Under the pieces are notes generated by a model. That model was given only the letters and a program-made list of their open reading frames with translations. It was not told the origin of the DNA and searched no databases. Shown here in pieces: positions 8,769-18,033 of a stretch of DNA of 64,000 bases. The translations under genes were made by a program, and so were the position numbers. The first letter of the stretch is position 1. Every line of letters begins with the position of its first letter. Source of the stretch: a virus (Duplodnaviria; Caudoviricetes); IMG/VR virus record IMGVR_UViG_3300002930_000508, positions 4,482 to 68,481 of that record; one strand, given 5' to 3'.

Positions 8769-11700
8769 ATGCCATATTTGCGTTTACCTGATGGTTCCTA
8801 CATGGATGTGCCCGAAGGGGTGTCACAGCGCGAGGCATTAACGCACGCTCAAGAAAAATACAAAGACTTATACCGACCAGCCGAAAAACCCGATACGGGG
8901 TTAACTGGCGCCGCTAAAGCAAGCTACCAAACATTAAAAGGCGACCTTGCTGCTGTAGCCGGTAAAACCGGTTTAATGGACATAGGCGAAGCCGAAAAGT
9001 ATCAAAAAGAACGTCAAGCTGAAGCACAAAGAATATATAAACCAACTGAAGAAAGTTGGTCTGAAGCGCCATTTTTAAAAGCCCGTGAGTTACTGGGCGG
9101 TTCATTGCCCTATATGGCAGCTCCTGTTGCTGTTGGTGCTGCTGCTGCTTTGGGGGGCGCTCCTGTTGCTGCGGGTGCTGGTCTTGCTGGTTTGGCGTCT
9201 GGTTTACAATTTACAGGCTCAAATTTATCCCGTCAGATGGATACGGGCAAAGAGCTTAAAGACACTGACCTTATGGCTGCAGGCGCAGCCGCTATTCCAC
9301 AAGCTGCGTTAGACGTAGTTGGGTTTAAGTTTTTGCCGGGCGTACAGCGTATTTTTAAATCTGCGGGTGTAGAGCTATCAGAACAAGCTGCTAAAAAGAT
9401 TGTTGAAGCGGGCACGCTTAAGACTGTTGGGCAATACGCTGCCGGTGGTACAAAGATAGCGGGTATTGAAGGAGCTACTGAAGCAGGTCAACAGTTCTTT
9501 GAGCGTTTACAGGCTGGTTTAAACATTGCTGATACAGAGGCTCGTAAAGAATACCTTGAAAGTTTTGTTGGTGGTGCTGTACTAGGCGGTATTGCTTCTC
9601 CATTTGGTGTTGCTGGTAAACGTGGTGAAGCTAAAGATGTTATTGCTAAAGCCCAACTTAAGCGTGATGAAGACGCAGCTGCCGCAGAAGAAGCGCGCAA
9701 ACAATCTCCAGAATACAGAGCACAGCTTGAATCTCAACGCAACGAAATACAAGGGCGTATTACACAGATTCAGTCTGTTCTCAAAGACCCACGCTTAGAT
9801 AAAGAAGCCGTTGATGAAGGCAAAACAGAAATTAAAGCTTTGCAAGCTCAACTTAAGGGGCTTGTTGGCGAACTAAAAACTGCTGGCGCTCCAGCCGAAG
9901 AAACGCAGGCGTTTAGTATTGATCAAGCTATAGCCGAAAGAAAAGCTCAAGAAGAGCAAGAAGCTGCTAAAAATGAGCAAGCGCAAAAAGTTAAAGAAAA
10001 CGAACATGGCTTTATTAAAGAACACCAAGGTTTAACAAGTACTGTAGACTACTTGCAGACTAAACTACAAAGCGCCATGAAAAATGGCGATGTACGCCAG
10101 ACCGAAGTATTTGGCGATTTGCTAGATAAAAAAACTGCGGAGCTTAGCCAACTATCTGACTTAGCACAACGCGCTGGTATAAATGTACGTACACCAGAAG
10201 CTCAATTAAAAACAGCTAACACCGTTTTAAAGAAAGCGCAAAACCAGTTAATGGTGGCAAGTGAAAATGCTGATTTAACACCAGACAAACGTAAAGAACT
10301 TGTTCAATCCATTAAAGATGCACAAGCTAAAGTAGATGAATTAAACGCACAAGTATCTAAAAACACAGAGCAAAATGCAGCTAGTCAAGCGTTAGCGCAA
10401 AAACAACAAGAGCGTTTACAAGGGCCTGTTAAGTGGAATAAAAAAACACAGAAGTTTGAACTACTTAGCGATGAAGAAATTGAACAGCCTATTGATATGG
10501 CTGAGTACGAACTCAAAGCTAATGAGATGACCAACAACCGCTTAGCCGGTTTAGGTGCTGCGGCAAGCGAACGCCAAAGATCTTTTGGTGAAATGGATAC
10601 AGTCCAACAGCTTGCCACCGAAATTGATCAAGGTAAACTATTTAATACTTCTGCCAAACTACTTGGATTATCTACAAACGCTGGTAAAAACGGTAACTGG
10701 TCTTTTGCTGATCCCAAAGAAGCGTCGTTACTGCTTAAAGAAGTTACAAAAAAACTTGACGAAATTGAGAAAGATCGCGCTACCGCAGAGCAGCATAAGA
10801 TGGATTTGCCTGCTGACCCACGCACACCTTATTTAGAACAGCTAGTTGAGAAACTACAAGAAACGGCAGCAGTTGAACCGGGTGTATTGCCCAAGTCTAA
10901 AGTAGAAAGCCGTAGAGATTTACGTTATCAGCAAGACAAAATTCCTGCAGCACAAAAACTATTTAAGCCTAACTTACCTGTTGGCGAGTACACACCAACA
11001 CATATAGCAAAAGTACGTGAAGAGCTAGCTGAAGTTAACAGGCTTCTTGGGTATGATGAACAGCACGAAGCTAATAAAGCAGCAGAAAAAACTCGCCTAA
11101 ACAAAGTAATTAAAAAAGCAAAAGCAACAATTGCTAGCAAAACTGCAACTGAAGCTAACAAAAAAGCTGCGCAACAGGCAATCACTACTGCTGAAGCAGA
11201 AAAGAAACGCCTTGATAATGAAAAAGTAGGCGTATCAGAAGGTGTTGATTTAACTGCTAATAAAAAGAAAGCGCTTGCAGAAATTGAAGCAAACATAAAA
11301 GCGCAACAAGCAATACTTAACAGTAAAGAGTCTTCTGAAAAAGATAAGTATTGGGCTAAAGATAGAATTGAAAAACTAAACGTAGCTAAAAAATCACACA
11401 GCAATTTAAAAGCACCACAACAAAGCGAATTTTTAGAGCGTCTTAAAAAGCGTAAAGCTCGCCTTGAAAATGAAATATTAGATGCAACACTACCATTGCG
11501 TGCTAAAGGTAAAGCGCCTAAACACTTGCGTATTGAGTCTGATATTGAAACGCTTGAAAACCAACTTAAGCAAGCAACTGCTCCTAGTGAAATAAAGCGT
11601 TTACAAAATCGCATTGCCAATGCGCATACCAAACTAGCTAAAGTTAAGAAAACCTCACGTTTACCAGAAGGCGGGGCTAGCGGTGAGCGGGTTGTTGGCG

Positions 11701-14700
11701 CAAGAAAAGAAAGCGAAGCCCTTACCGAGATTCAAGATGCTATTGACCAGCTTCGTAAAGGTGAGTTTATCGGCGGTGCAGCTAGTGATGAAACCAATCT
11801 AGAAGGCCAGTCCCGTCCGTTAATCCTACGGGGTATTCGCAATGATGTAGATACGCTTGTTATGGCGGCTATATCTGATATTAATATTGGTCGTCGTAGT
11901 TGGGGTGATCCTGATATGACTACCGCAGAGCAAGAAGAATTTGCTACTGCAGTTGAACAAATGCTTTTAAGCAAAGCAGCTAGAGCTACAGGTTGGCGTG
12001 CGGAATTACAGCGTGCCCCAGAAACAGCAGAAGAAACCGCTATTTCTAAAGCCTTTAAAGATGCTGGTTTTAATTTTGGCAATAAGACTGCTCAAGAGCA
12101 ATATATTGAAGCTATTGGTAAAGCGGGGCTTACCGATGAAGATATTGTTGAAAACTACGGCGAAGCTAATAAACAAATCGAACAGATCCGCAATAACCTT
12201 GACACGCTTATTGATAAGAAAAACGATCTTGAAGATAAGATTAATACTGCTAGCGACAGAACCGTTATTTCTACGTATAAAAAACAGATTGACCGTCTAA
12301 CCGCTTCTATTAAAGAAGCCAATAAAGCATACGCTGCAGCTAAAGCTGAGTTTGTTAAAGGCGAAAAAGAAGGTAAAGGCGAAATTCGCACAGGCATGCG
12401 CGAAACAGAGCGGGTTGATATTCGAGAGGCTATTAGTAAACTAAAGCAGTCGTTTGGTTCTGAGCGTGCTAAACATATTGAAGAGCGAGAAATCACGGCA
12501 GATGCAATGCCTAAGATTGAAAGCGAACCAAAAGAAGTAGCAAAGTTACGTGATACAGCTAATTCATTCTTGGAATCTACACGAGGCATATTGCGTGGGT
12601 TAGGTGAAGCTTTACGTATTTTAACCCCTGTAGAAGTACGCAAGTCCAAAGCCATTCTTGATGACTTTAACAAGAAAAAGCAAACTGCCCTTGACTTTAT
12701 GCGGGACATTGGTGCCGGTAAAGAAGAAACAAACTCTTTCTTTAGTAAAGTAATTGAAGCTACCAAAAAAGAAAAAGAAGCCGCTGAAGCTGAACTAGAA
12801 GCTAATGCCGCTGAAGCAGAAAATAAAACAACTGGCGATAAGTTAATTAACAAAAGTCTGCGCCGTAAAGCCAATAAGCTACGTGACCAAGCAGATGCAA
12901 TGCACGCAGATATTGCAGCAGACGTTAATAAAGTAGTTGAGCAGGTAAAAGAAACTATTGCCGTAGCTGAAGGCGCTGCCAAAGAAAAACTAGGCGCTGA
13001 TTTTAAACAGTTCTTTGACCAGCTTAAAGCAAATAACACAGACTATTTAGAAGCCTCTCGTGCCTATCAAGCAGCCCGTGATGAATACTATACTAAAAAA
13101 CGTGCAGAAGCTGGCGCAGCTAGAGTAGAACAAGAAGGTACTGACAAAGAACGCACTGCCAAATCCATTAAAAAGGGTGAGCAAGAAGCTCGTCAAAAAG
13201 TAGGCCTTAACCTATCAGGTAAAAAAGTTGAAGCGGTAGTAACGCAAACTGTATTAAGCAATTTAGCGTTTAATAATATGAGCAAAAAAGTTACGGTAAT
13301 GCGTAAACTTTTTAATGCTATTGACGCTGCAAAAAATGACGTTTTAAAATCTGAAAATGAACGCGCCGCTGCTGTAGCAAAAGCCAAAGAAGCCTACGCT
13401 GATGAAGTTATTAAGACTAGAAAGTATGCTGAACGTGAAAGTTTTGGCATTCGCCCGGGTGAGCTAGGTGACTTGTTTATCCAGCTTGCTAAAGTTGAAT
13501 CTGGTTCTCCAGAAGGCAAGGCAGTTCTTAAAGACATCGCTACGATTCGTAGAACGGCTGAAGAAGATGCCGCACGTATGGGTATTGTCCAGCGTAAGAA
13601 AAAAGAAGTTGGTCCTGAAGGTTCGTTTGATTACGAAGACAAGCTTAAGGGTATTCAAGCTGAACAGACTGAAGAAACCCGACGCAAGATTGAACGTCGT
13701 AAAAACGCTGTTACAAATAAACAACGTAAAAAAATGCAAGAAGAAGTTCAAAAAGAACTCGATATTGCTAACGCCAAAGAACTTAAAAAAACGCCTGAGG
13801 GTGCCACAGCCGCTCAAAAGAAAACTATTAATGTTGCCAACGACAAGATTCGTATTGCAAGGCAGTCGTTACAAGCTCAGCTTGATGTTATTACAGGCGC
13901 TGATTTTGACGTTCTTAGAAACCGTGGTCGTATTAAAAAAGAAGCGTCTGATAGGCTGTATAAAAAATCTAAGTTTGAAAGCGCGAGAGATAATGAGCTA
14001 AATAGGGTTCTTAAGAAGAAAGACTTAATTGAAACAAAAGCAACTGGTGCAAAACTCAAACCAGCTGACGAAAAATTCTTAGAAAAAAACGGTCAAGAAC
14101 TTACAGAAGACGAAGAAACGCTACTTAAAAAGGCTGATGCGTTAGGTAAAGATGCTGCAGGCCATATTGAAGAAAGAGCTACTGAGCACAAAAAAGCGGT
14201 TGTTATAGCCGAAATAAATTTACAAAAGCCCCTTAGCGAAGAAGAAAAGTTTGTTAAAACTACTGCTGGTAAAAACCAAGTTGAACGCCTTAAACATGCT
14301 AAGGGTCGTACAAAAGAAAAGATTCTTAACGATGAATTTAAGAGAGCCGTTAAAGAGCTTGATGCTGTAAGAGAAGGCTATGAGGCTGTTGGTCTTACTG
14401 AAGCTGAGTTTAAAAAGTACGTAACCAAAGCCGAAGAACAAAAGCTTAATGCGTGGGAAAACGAATTTGAAGATGCCAAGATTGACTTTGACGACTTTAA
14501 GGGTTTGCATGAGGGCATGCAGGGAGACTGGGACCCACGTATTGAGAAGCCAATTACAGGTGAAGGCGTATCTTCTTCTGTTGTACAACGTGCTGTTGAC
14601 AAACTCAAGCTACCAAAAGGTTTAAAAGTATTAGTCCTTGAGAAGCTAACGCCTACATTACGTGGTGCTATCGCAGAGGGCGGCTATACAGATACAGAGA

Positions 14701-17700
14701 TTGACGGCGTTCGTGGCGGTGTAATGCCTGATGGCACAGTCTTTATTGTGGCTAATAATCACGCTGATGTTAAAGACGTTGAGCGTACACTGGCGCACGA
14801 AATTACTGGTCACTTGGGTGTTGAGGGTGTACTTGGGCAGGCTGGTATGGATGCGCTTGCTAAGAAGGTTATCGCTCAAAACGGTAGCGTAGCTGCGTTG
14901 GCTGATAAGTTAGGTGTTGGAGAAGAAGCCCTTGCCGCTTACATGGCTGCTAAACAAGCTGGCAAATCTGAAGAGTTTGCGCAGGCTAAAGCCTTACGTG
15001 AGGTTATCGCCCATACTGCTGAAGCTAGACCTGACAAAAACTTTATTCAGAAAGCTAATGACTTTATCAAGGCTTTGGTTGGTGCGTTCCGTGCTGCCTT
15101 GCGTAAAATGGGCATTGACTTAGACATTAGCACGTCTGATATTTACAAACTACTTCGTGACGCCCGCAAGTCTGAAAAGATTGCTCCCGGTATCTATAAA
15201 GGGCGTGATGGTGAGTATCAATTAAAACCCGGTAAAGCTACCTATGGCCCGGGTGGTGCTGTGTTTGCTCGTGGTGCTGACTTAATGATGGCGCAGCAAG
15301 CTTCGTTAAAAGATCGTTTGTTCCCACCAAATATTGGTTTGTATTTAAAACAGAAGCTAGTTAGTGGCACCGCCAGCCTAGAACGTGTTCTTGAAGTTAA
15401 AGGCATGAAAAACTCTTTGGCAGCTAACCAACTTAGATATTACATTGCTCAACACAATCAACGCTTTACTATTGCAGGCAACGCTTTAACTATTGGTGTA
15501 CCCATGTTGCGCCAAGAGAAAGGCGGTAAGGGGCATGTACTTGAATCTAAACCCGGCGCTAATTTAAAAGGTCTTGCTGAAGTTTTAGGTAGTATCGGCT
15601 GGGGTAACGCAGAAGGTATTCGTAACGCATATAGCCTATATCGTATTAGCAAACGTGCTAAAAATGTAGGTGTAGAAAAACTAAACTTTAAAAAGCCACA
15701 AGAGATGGCAAAGATGCTAAAAGAAGTTGACGCTCTTATTAGCAACAATAAAACTTTACGTGATGGCTTTATAAAAGCAGATAAGATATACGACCAGTAC
15801 AACCGTGACTTAATGAACTTTTTGGTTCAGACAGGCGCTCTTCCTAAAAACAAAGCTATTGACCTTGTTAAAAACGATGACTATGTACCGTTCTATCGTA
15901 CGGAGCAAGACGGCACGGTAGTGCTTGATTTAGGTGGTGCTGATCGTGTTCGCATTGGTAACTTAAAAGACCAACCATATTTAAAAGAGTTAGTTGGTGG
16001 TGACGAACGCATTGTTGATATTTATACAGGCGCCTTGCAAAACACCAACATGTTGATTGATATGGCATTGCACAACCTAGCCTCTCGTAACGTGGCGTTT
16101 ACGTTAGCTGACTTGGGCTTAGTAGACTCTGTTGGTAAAACAGATATAAAAATACGTCCCGGCAAAGGCCCAGCAAGCAATAGAGTTATCCGTTTTAGTG
16201 TACAGCCTACTAATGAAAAAGACGATGGTTTCCGCCATGTTGTTGTTAATACGGATTCTACTGGCATCCCATCTCAATACTTAGTTCAAGGTCTGGCTGG
16301 CGTTAATACAAGCGTTCCATCGCTGGTCAAGAGCATGGGCTTCTTCTCTCGTACATTGCGTTCATGGGTAACTAGAAACCCAGTCTATGCGGCTCGTCAG
16401 ATTATTCGTGATCCGTTTACCGCTACTATGGCTAGTGGTGTTAATACTATTCCAGTTTTAACATCTCTTAAAGCTATGGGTAAATCCATTGGCAGAATGC
16501 GTCGTGGTGAAGTTGGTACTAGCGAGATTGAGCGCTTAGGTTTGGTAAGCAGCAACGTATTTACGGGTACGTCTGAAGACATGCAAAAAATTCTGTTACA
16601 GATTACTAGTGGTAAGAGTGGTTGGGAATCTTACTTGGCTAAAGCTGACGCTTTGGCAGCGCAAGGTGATGCGGCTACTCGTGAAGTTGCTTTCAATAGT
16701 TTCCGTAAACAAGGCTTATCTGAAATGGAAGCAGCGTTGGCTACTTATGAAACAATGCCGTTTACCCAGCGTGGTACATCATCTAGCTTGTTCTTGCTAT
16801 CCACAATGGTGCCTTTCCTTAACGCGCAGATTCAAGGTTTGAACGTGCTGTACAACGCGTTTACAGGAAAAGCTACTTTCCAAGAGAAGTTACGCATTAA
16901 ACAAAAACTATGGCAGCGTGGCATGATGATGTTCGGTATGTCTATGGCTTACGCCCTGTTAATGAGCGATGACGAGGCTTACCAAAATGCTAACGATGAC
17001 GAGCGTTACAACAACTGGTTTGTATATGTGCCGGGTATTGATGAACCAGTTCGCGTGCCTATCCCATTTGAATTAGGTCTTCCATTCAAAGCATTACCGG
17101 AAGCTATTGTTAACGTAATGCGTGGTGATAGAACCGCTGGCGAAGCCGTAAAAGCCTTGAGCAAGATGGTTCAAAACTCTGTACCGCTTGGTCCTACCTC
17201 TATACCGCAGGCTGTTAAAGCCCCGCTTGAAGTTATTGCTGACTATTCGTTCTATACAGGGCGTGGTATTGTTGGTGATCGCCTTGCTGGTGTTGACCCT
17301 TCCGAGCGATTTAATGCTAACACATCTGAGCTAGCTAAGTTTATTGGCAAAGGCACAGGCCAAATTCCATTCTTTGGCGAATACTTATCACCTGTTCAGC
17401 TTGAGTATATGGTTCGTGGGTATACAGGTAGCTTGCCTTTGGCGCTTGCTTCTATGGCTAACCCGTTATTTGGCAGTGCTGCCGGTGAAAAACCAACCTC
17501 TCGTGCAAGTGAAATGCCTATCGTTGGGTCGTTATTCCAACCAAAAAATGCAAGCGGTCTTATCAATCGTGCGTACAAAGATATGGAAGCTATTAACCGT
17601 GCCGGTCAAACCTACAAAAAAATGGATGAAGAGGGGCGCACAAAAGAAGCCGATGCTTACGCAGATCGCTTTGCAGATGAATTAAGTCTTGCTCCGTTAG

Positions 17701-17858
17701 CTGGTGCGTTCAAACAAAAAATGGGCGAATTGGCTAGAGACGAACGTGAAATTAAATCTGACCCTAACCTATCAGGTCCTGAAAAACGCCGTCAGCTTGA
17801 TGAAATTCGTAAAGAAAGAATTGAATTATCTAAAGAACTTATCAGCGAACGCGAGTAA
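8769..17858 (+). CDS. Giant ejection / polyvalent protein with zincin-like HExxxH motif and LPD38-like C-terminal domain
   Basis: 3029 aa; long K/E/A-rich coiled coil; TLAHEITGHLG near 14790-14815; NWFVYVPG...RVPIPFELG near the C-terminus. Confidence 0.7.
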   Translation: MPYLRLPDGSYMDVPEGVSQREALTHAQEKYKDLYRPAEKPDTGLTGAAKASYQTLKGDLAAVAGKTGLMDIGEAEKYQKERQAEAQRIYKPTEESWSEAPFLKARELLGGSLPYMAAPVAVGAAAALGGAPVAAGAGLAGLASGLQFTGSNLSRQMDTGKELKDTDLMAAGAAAIPQAALDVVGFKFLPGVQRIFKSAGVELSEQAAKKIVEAGTLKTVGQYAAGGTKIAGIEGATEAGQQFFERLQAGLNIADTEARKEYLESFVGGAVLGGIASPFGVAGKRGEAKDVIAKAQLKRDEDAAAAEEARKQSPEYRAQLESQRNEIQGRITQIQSVLKDPRLDKEAVDEGKTEIKALQAQLKGLVGELKTAGAPAEETQAFSIDQAIAERKAQEEQEAAKNEQAQKVKENEHGFIKEHQGLTSTVDYLQTKLQSAMKNGDVRQTEVFGDLLDKKTAELSQLSDLAQRAGINVRTPEAQLKTANTVLKKAQNQLMVASENADLTPDKRKELVQSIKDAQAKVDELNAQVSKNTEQNAASQALAQKQQERLQGPVKWNKKTQKFELLSDEEIEQPIDMAEYELKANEMTNNRLAGLGAAASERQRSFGEMDTVQQLATEIDQGKLFNTSAKLLGLSTNAGKNGNWSFADPKEASLLLKEVTKKLDEIEKDRATAEQHKMDLPADPRTPYLEQLVEKLQETAAVEPGVLPKSKVESRRDLRYQQDKIPAAQKLFKPNLPVGEYTPTHIAKVREELAEVNRLLGYDEQHEANKAAEKTRLNKVIKKAKATIASKTATEANKKAAQQAITTAEAEKKRLDNEKVGVSEGVDLTANKKKALAEIEANIKAQQAILNSKESSEKDKYWAKDRIEKLNVAKKSHSNLKAPQQSEFLERLKKRKARLENEILDATLPLRAKGKAPKHLRIESDIETLENQLKQATAPSEIKRLQNRIANAHTKLAKVKKTSRLPEGGASGERVVGARKESEALTEIQDAIDQLRKGEFIGGAASDETNLEGQSRPLILRGIRNDVDTLVMAAISDINIGRRSWGDPDMTTAEQEEFATAVEQMLLSKAARATGWRAELQRAPETAEETAISKAFKDAGFNFGNKTAQEQYIEAIGKAGLTDEDIVENYGEANKQIEQIRNNLDTLIDKKNDLEDKINTASDRTVISTYKKQIDRLTASIKEANKAYAAAKAEFVKGEKEGKGEIRTGMRETERVDIREAISKLKQSFGSERAKHIEEREITADAMPKIESEPKEVAKLRDTANSFLESTRGILRGLGEALRILTPVEVRKSKAILDDFNKKKQTALDFMRDIGAGKEETNSFFSKVIEATKKEKEAAEAELEANAAEAENKTTGDKLINKSLRRKANKLRDQADAMHADIAADVNKVVEQVKETIAVAEGAAKEKLGADFKQFFDQLKANNTDYLEASRAYQAARDEYYTKKRAEAGAARVEQEGTDKERTAKSIKKGEQEARQKVGLNLSGKKVEAVVTQTVLSNLAFNNMSKKVTVMRKLFNAIDAAKNDVLKSENERAAAVAKAKEAYADEVIKTRKYAERESFGIRPGELGDLFIQLAKVESGSPEGKAVLKDIATIRRTAEEDAARMGIVQRKKKEVGPEGSFDYEDKLKGIQAEQTEETRRKIERRKNAVTNKQRKKMQEEVQKELDIANAKELKKTPEGATAAQKKTINVANDKIRIARQSLQAQLDVITGADFDVLRNRGRIKKEASDRLYKKSKFESARDNELNRVLKKKDLIETKATGAKLKPADEKFLEKNGQELTEDEETLLKKADALGKDAAGHIEERATEHKKAVVIAEINLQKPLSEEEKFVKTTAGKNQVERLKHAKGRTKEKILNDEFKRAVKELDAVREGYEAVGLTEAEFKKYVTKAEEQKLNAWENEFEDAKIDFDDFKGLHEGMQGDWDPRIEKPITGEGVSSSVVQRAVDKLKLPKGLKVLVLEKLTPTLRGAIAEGGYTDTEIDGVRGGVMPDGTVFIVANNHADVKDVERTLAHEITGHLGVEGVLGQAGMDALAKKVIAQNGSVAALADKLGVGEEALAAYMAAKQAGKSEEFAQAKALREVIAHTAEARPDKNFIQKANDFIKALVGAFRAALRKMGIDLDISTSDIYKLLRDARKSEKIAPGIYKGRDGEYQLKPGKATYGPGGAVFARGADLMMAQQASLKDRLFPPNIGLYLKQKLVSGTASLERVLEVKGMKNSLAANQLRYYIAQHNQRFTIAGNALTIGVPMLRQEKGGKGHVLESKPGANLKGLAEVLGSIGWGNAEGIRNAYSLYRISKRAKNVGVEKLNFKKPQEMAKMLKEVDALISNNKTLRDGFIKADKIYDQYNRDLMNFLVQTGALPKNKAIDLVKNDDYVPFYRTEQDGTVVLDLGGADRVRIGNLKDQPYLKELVGGDERIVDIYTGALQNTNMLIDMALHNLASRNVAFTLADLGLVDSVGKTDIKIRPGKGPASNRVIRFSVQPTNEKDDGFRHVVVNTDSTGIPSQYLVQGLAGVNTSVPSLVKSMGFFSRTLRSWVTRNPVYAARQIIRDPFTATMASGVNTIPVLTSLKAMGKSIGRMRRGEVGTSEIERLGLVSSNVFTGTSEDMQKILLQITSGKSGWESYLAKADALAAQGDAATREVAFNSFRKQGLSEMEAALATYETMPFTQRGTSSSLFLLSTMVPFLNAQIQGLNVLYNAFTGKATFQEKLRIKQKLWQRGMMMFGMSMAYALLMSDDEAYQNANDDERYNNWFVYVPGIDEPVRVPIPFELGLPFKALPEAIVNVMRGDRTAGEAVKALSKMVQNSVPLGPTSIPQAVKAPLEVIADYSFYTGRGIVGDRLAGVDPSERFNANTSELAKFIGKGTGQIPFFGEYLSPVQLEYMVRGYTGSLPLALASMANPLFGSAAGEKPTSRASEMPIVGSLFQPKNASGLINRAYKDMEAINRAGQTYKKMDEEGRTKEADAYADRFADELSLAPLAGAFKQKMGELARDEREIKSDPNLSGPEKRRQLDEIRKERIELSKELISERE

Positions 17859-18033
17859 AGAGAACGCCGAGTCTACCCTCAACAGTACAAAACTCGGCTT
17901 TAGCTAAGATGTTGTAGTGAAGGGCGGCGCTAAGCCCTTCACTTTTTATCTCCTCCAACCGTAGCGTTGGTATAAAAAACTTTTGTTTAACTTCTGTTTT
18001 TTGCCACGGGTAGTGCACCTTAATCTTCTTCAT
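17842..18033 (-). CDS. Hypothetical protein (63 aa)
   Basis: Last ORF of the leftward operon; overlaps the primase 3' end and converges on the giant gene. Confidence 0.6.
   Translation of the reverse strand: MKKIKVHYPWQKTEVKQKFFIPTLRLEEIKSEGLSAALHYNILAKAEFCTVEGRLGVLFTRVR

Noticed and set aside
10928-13039. Long antisense ORFs (234, 116 and 294 aa) opposite the giant ejection gene
   Set aside because: Ser/Leu/Phe-rich shadows of a K/E/A-rich sense frame, with no RBS or motifs
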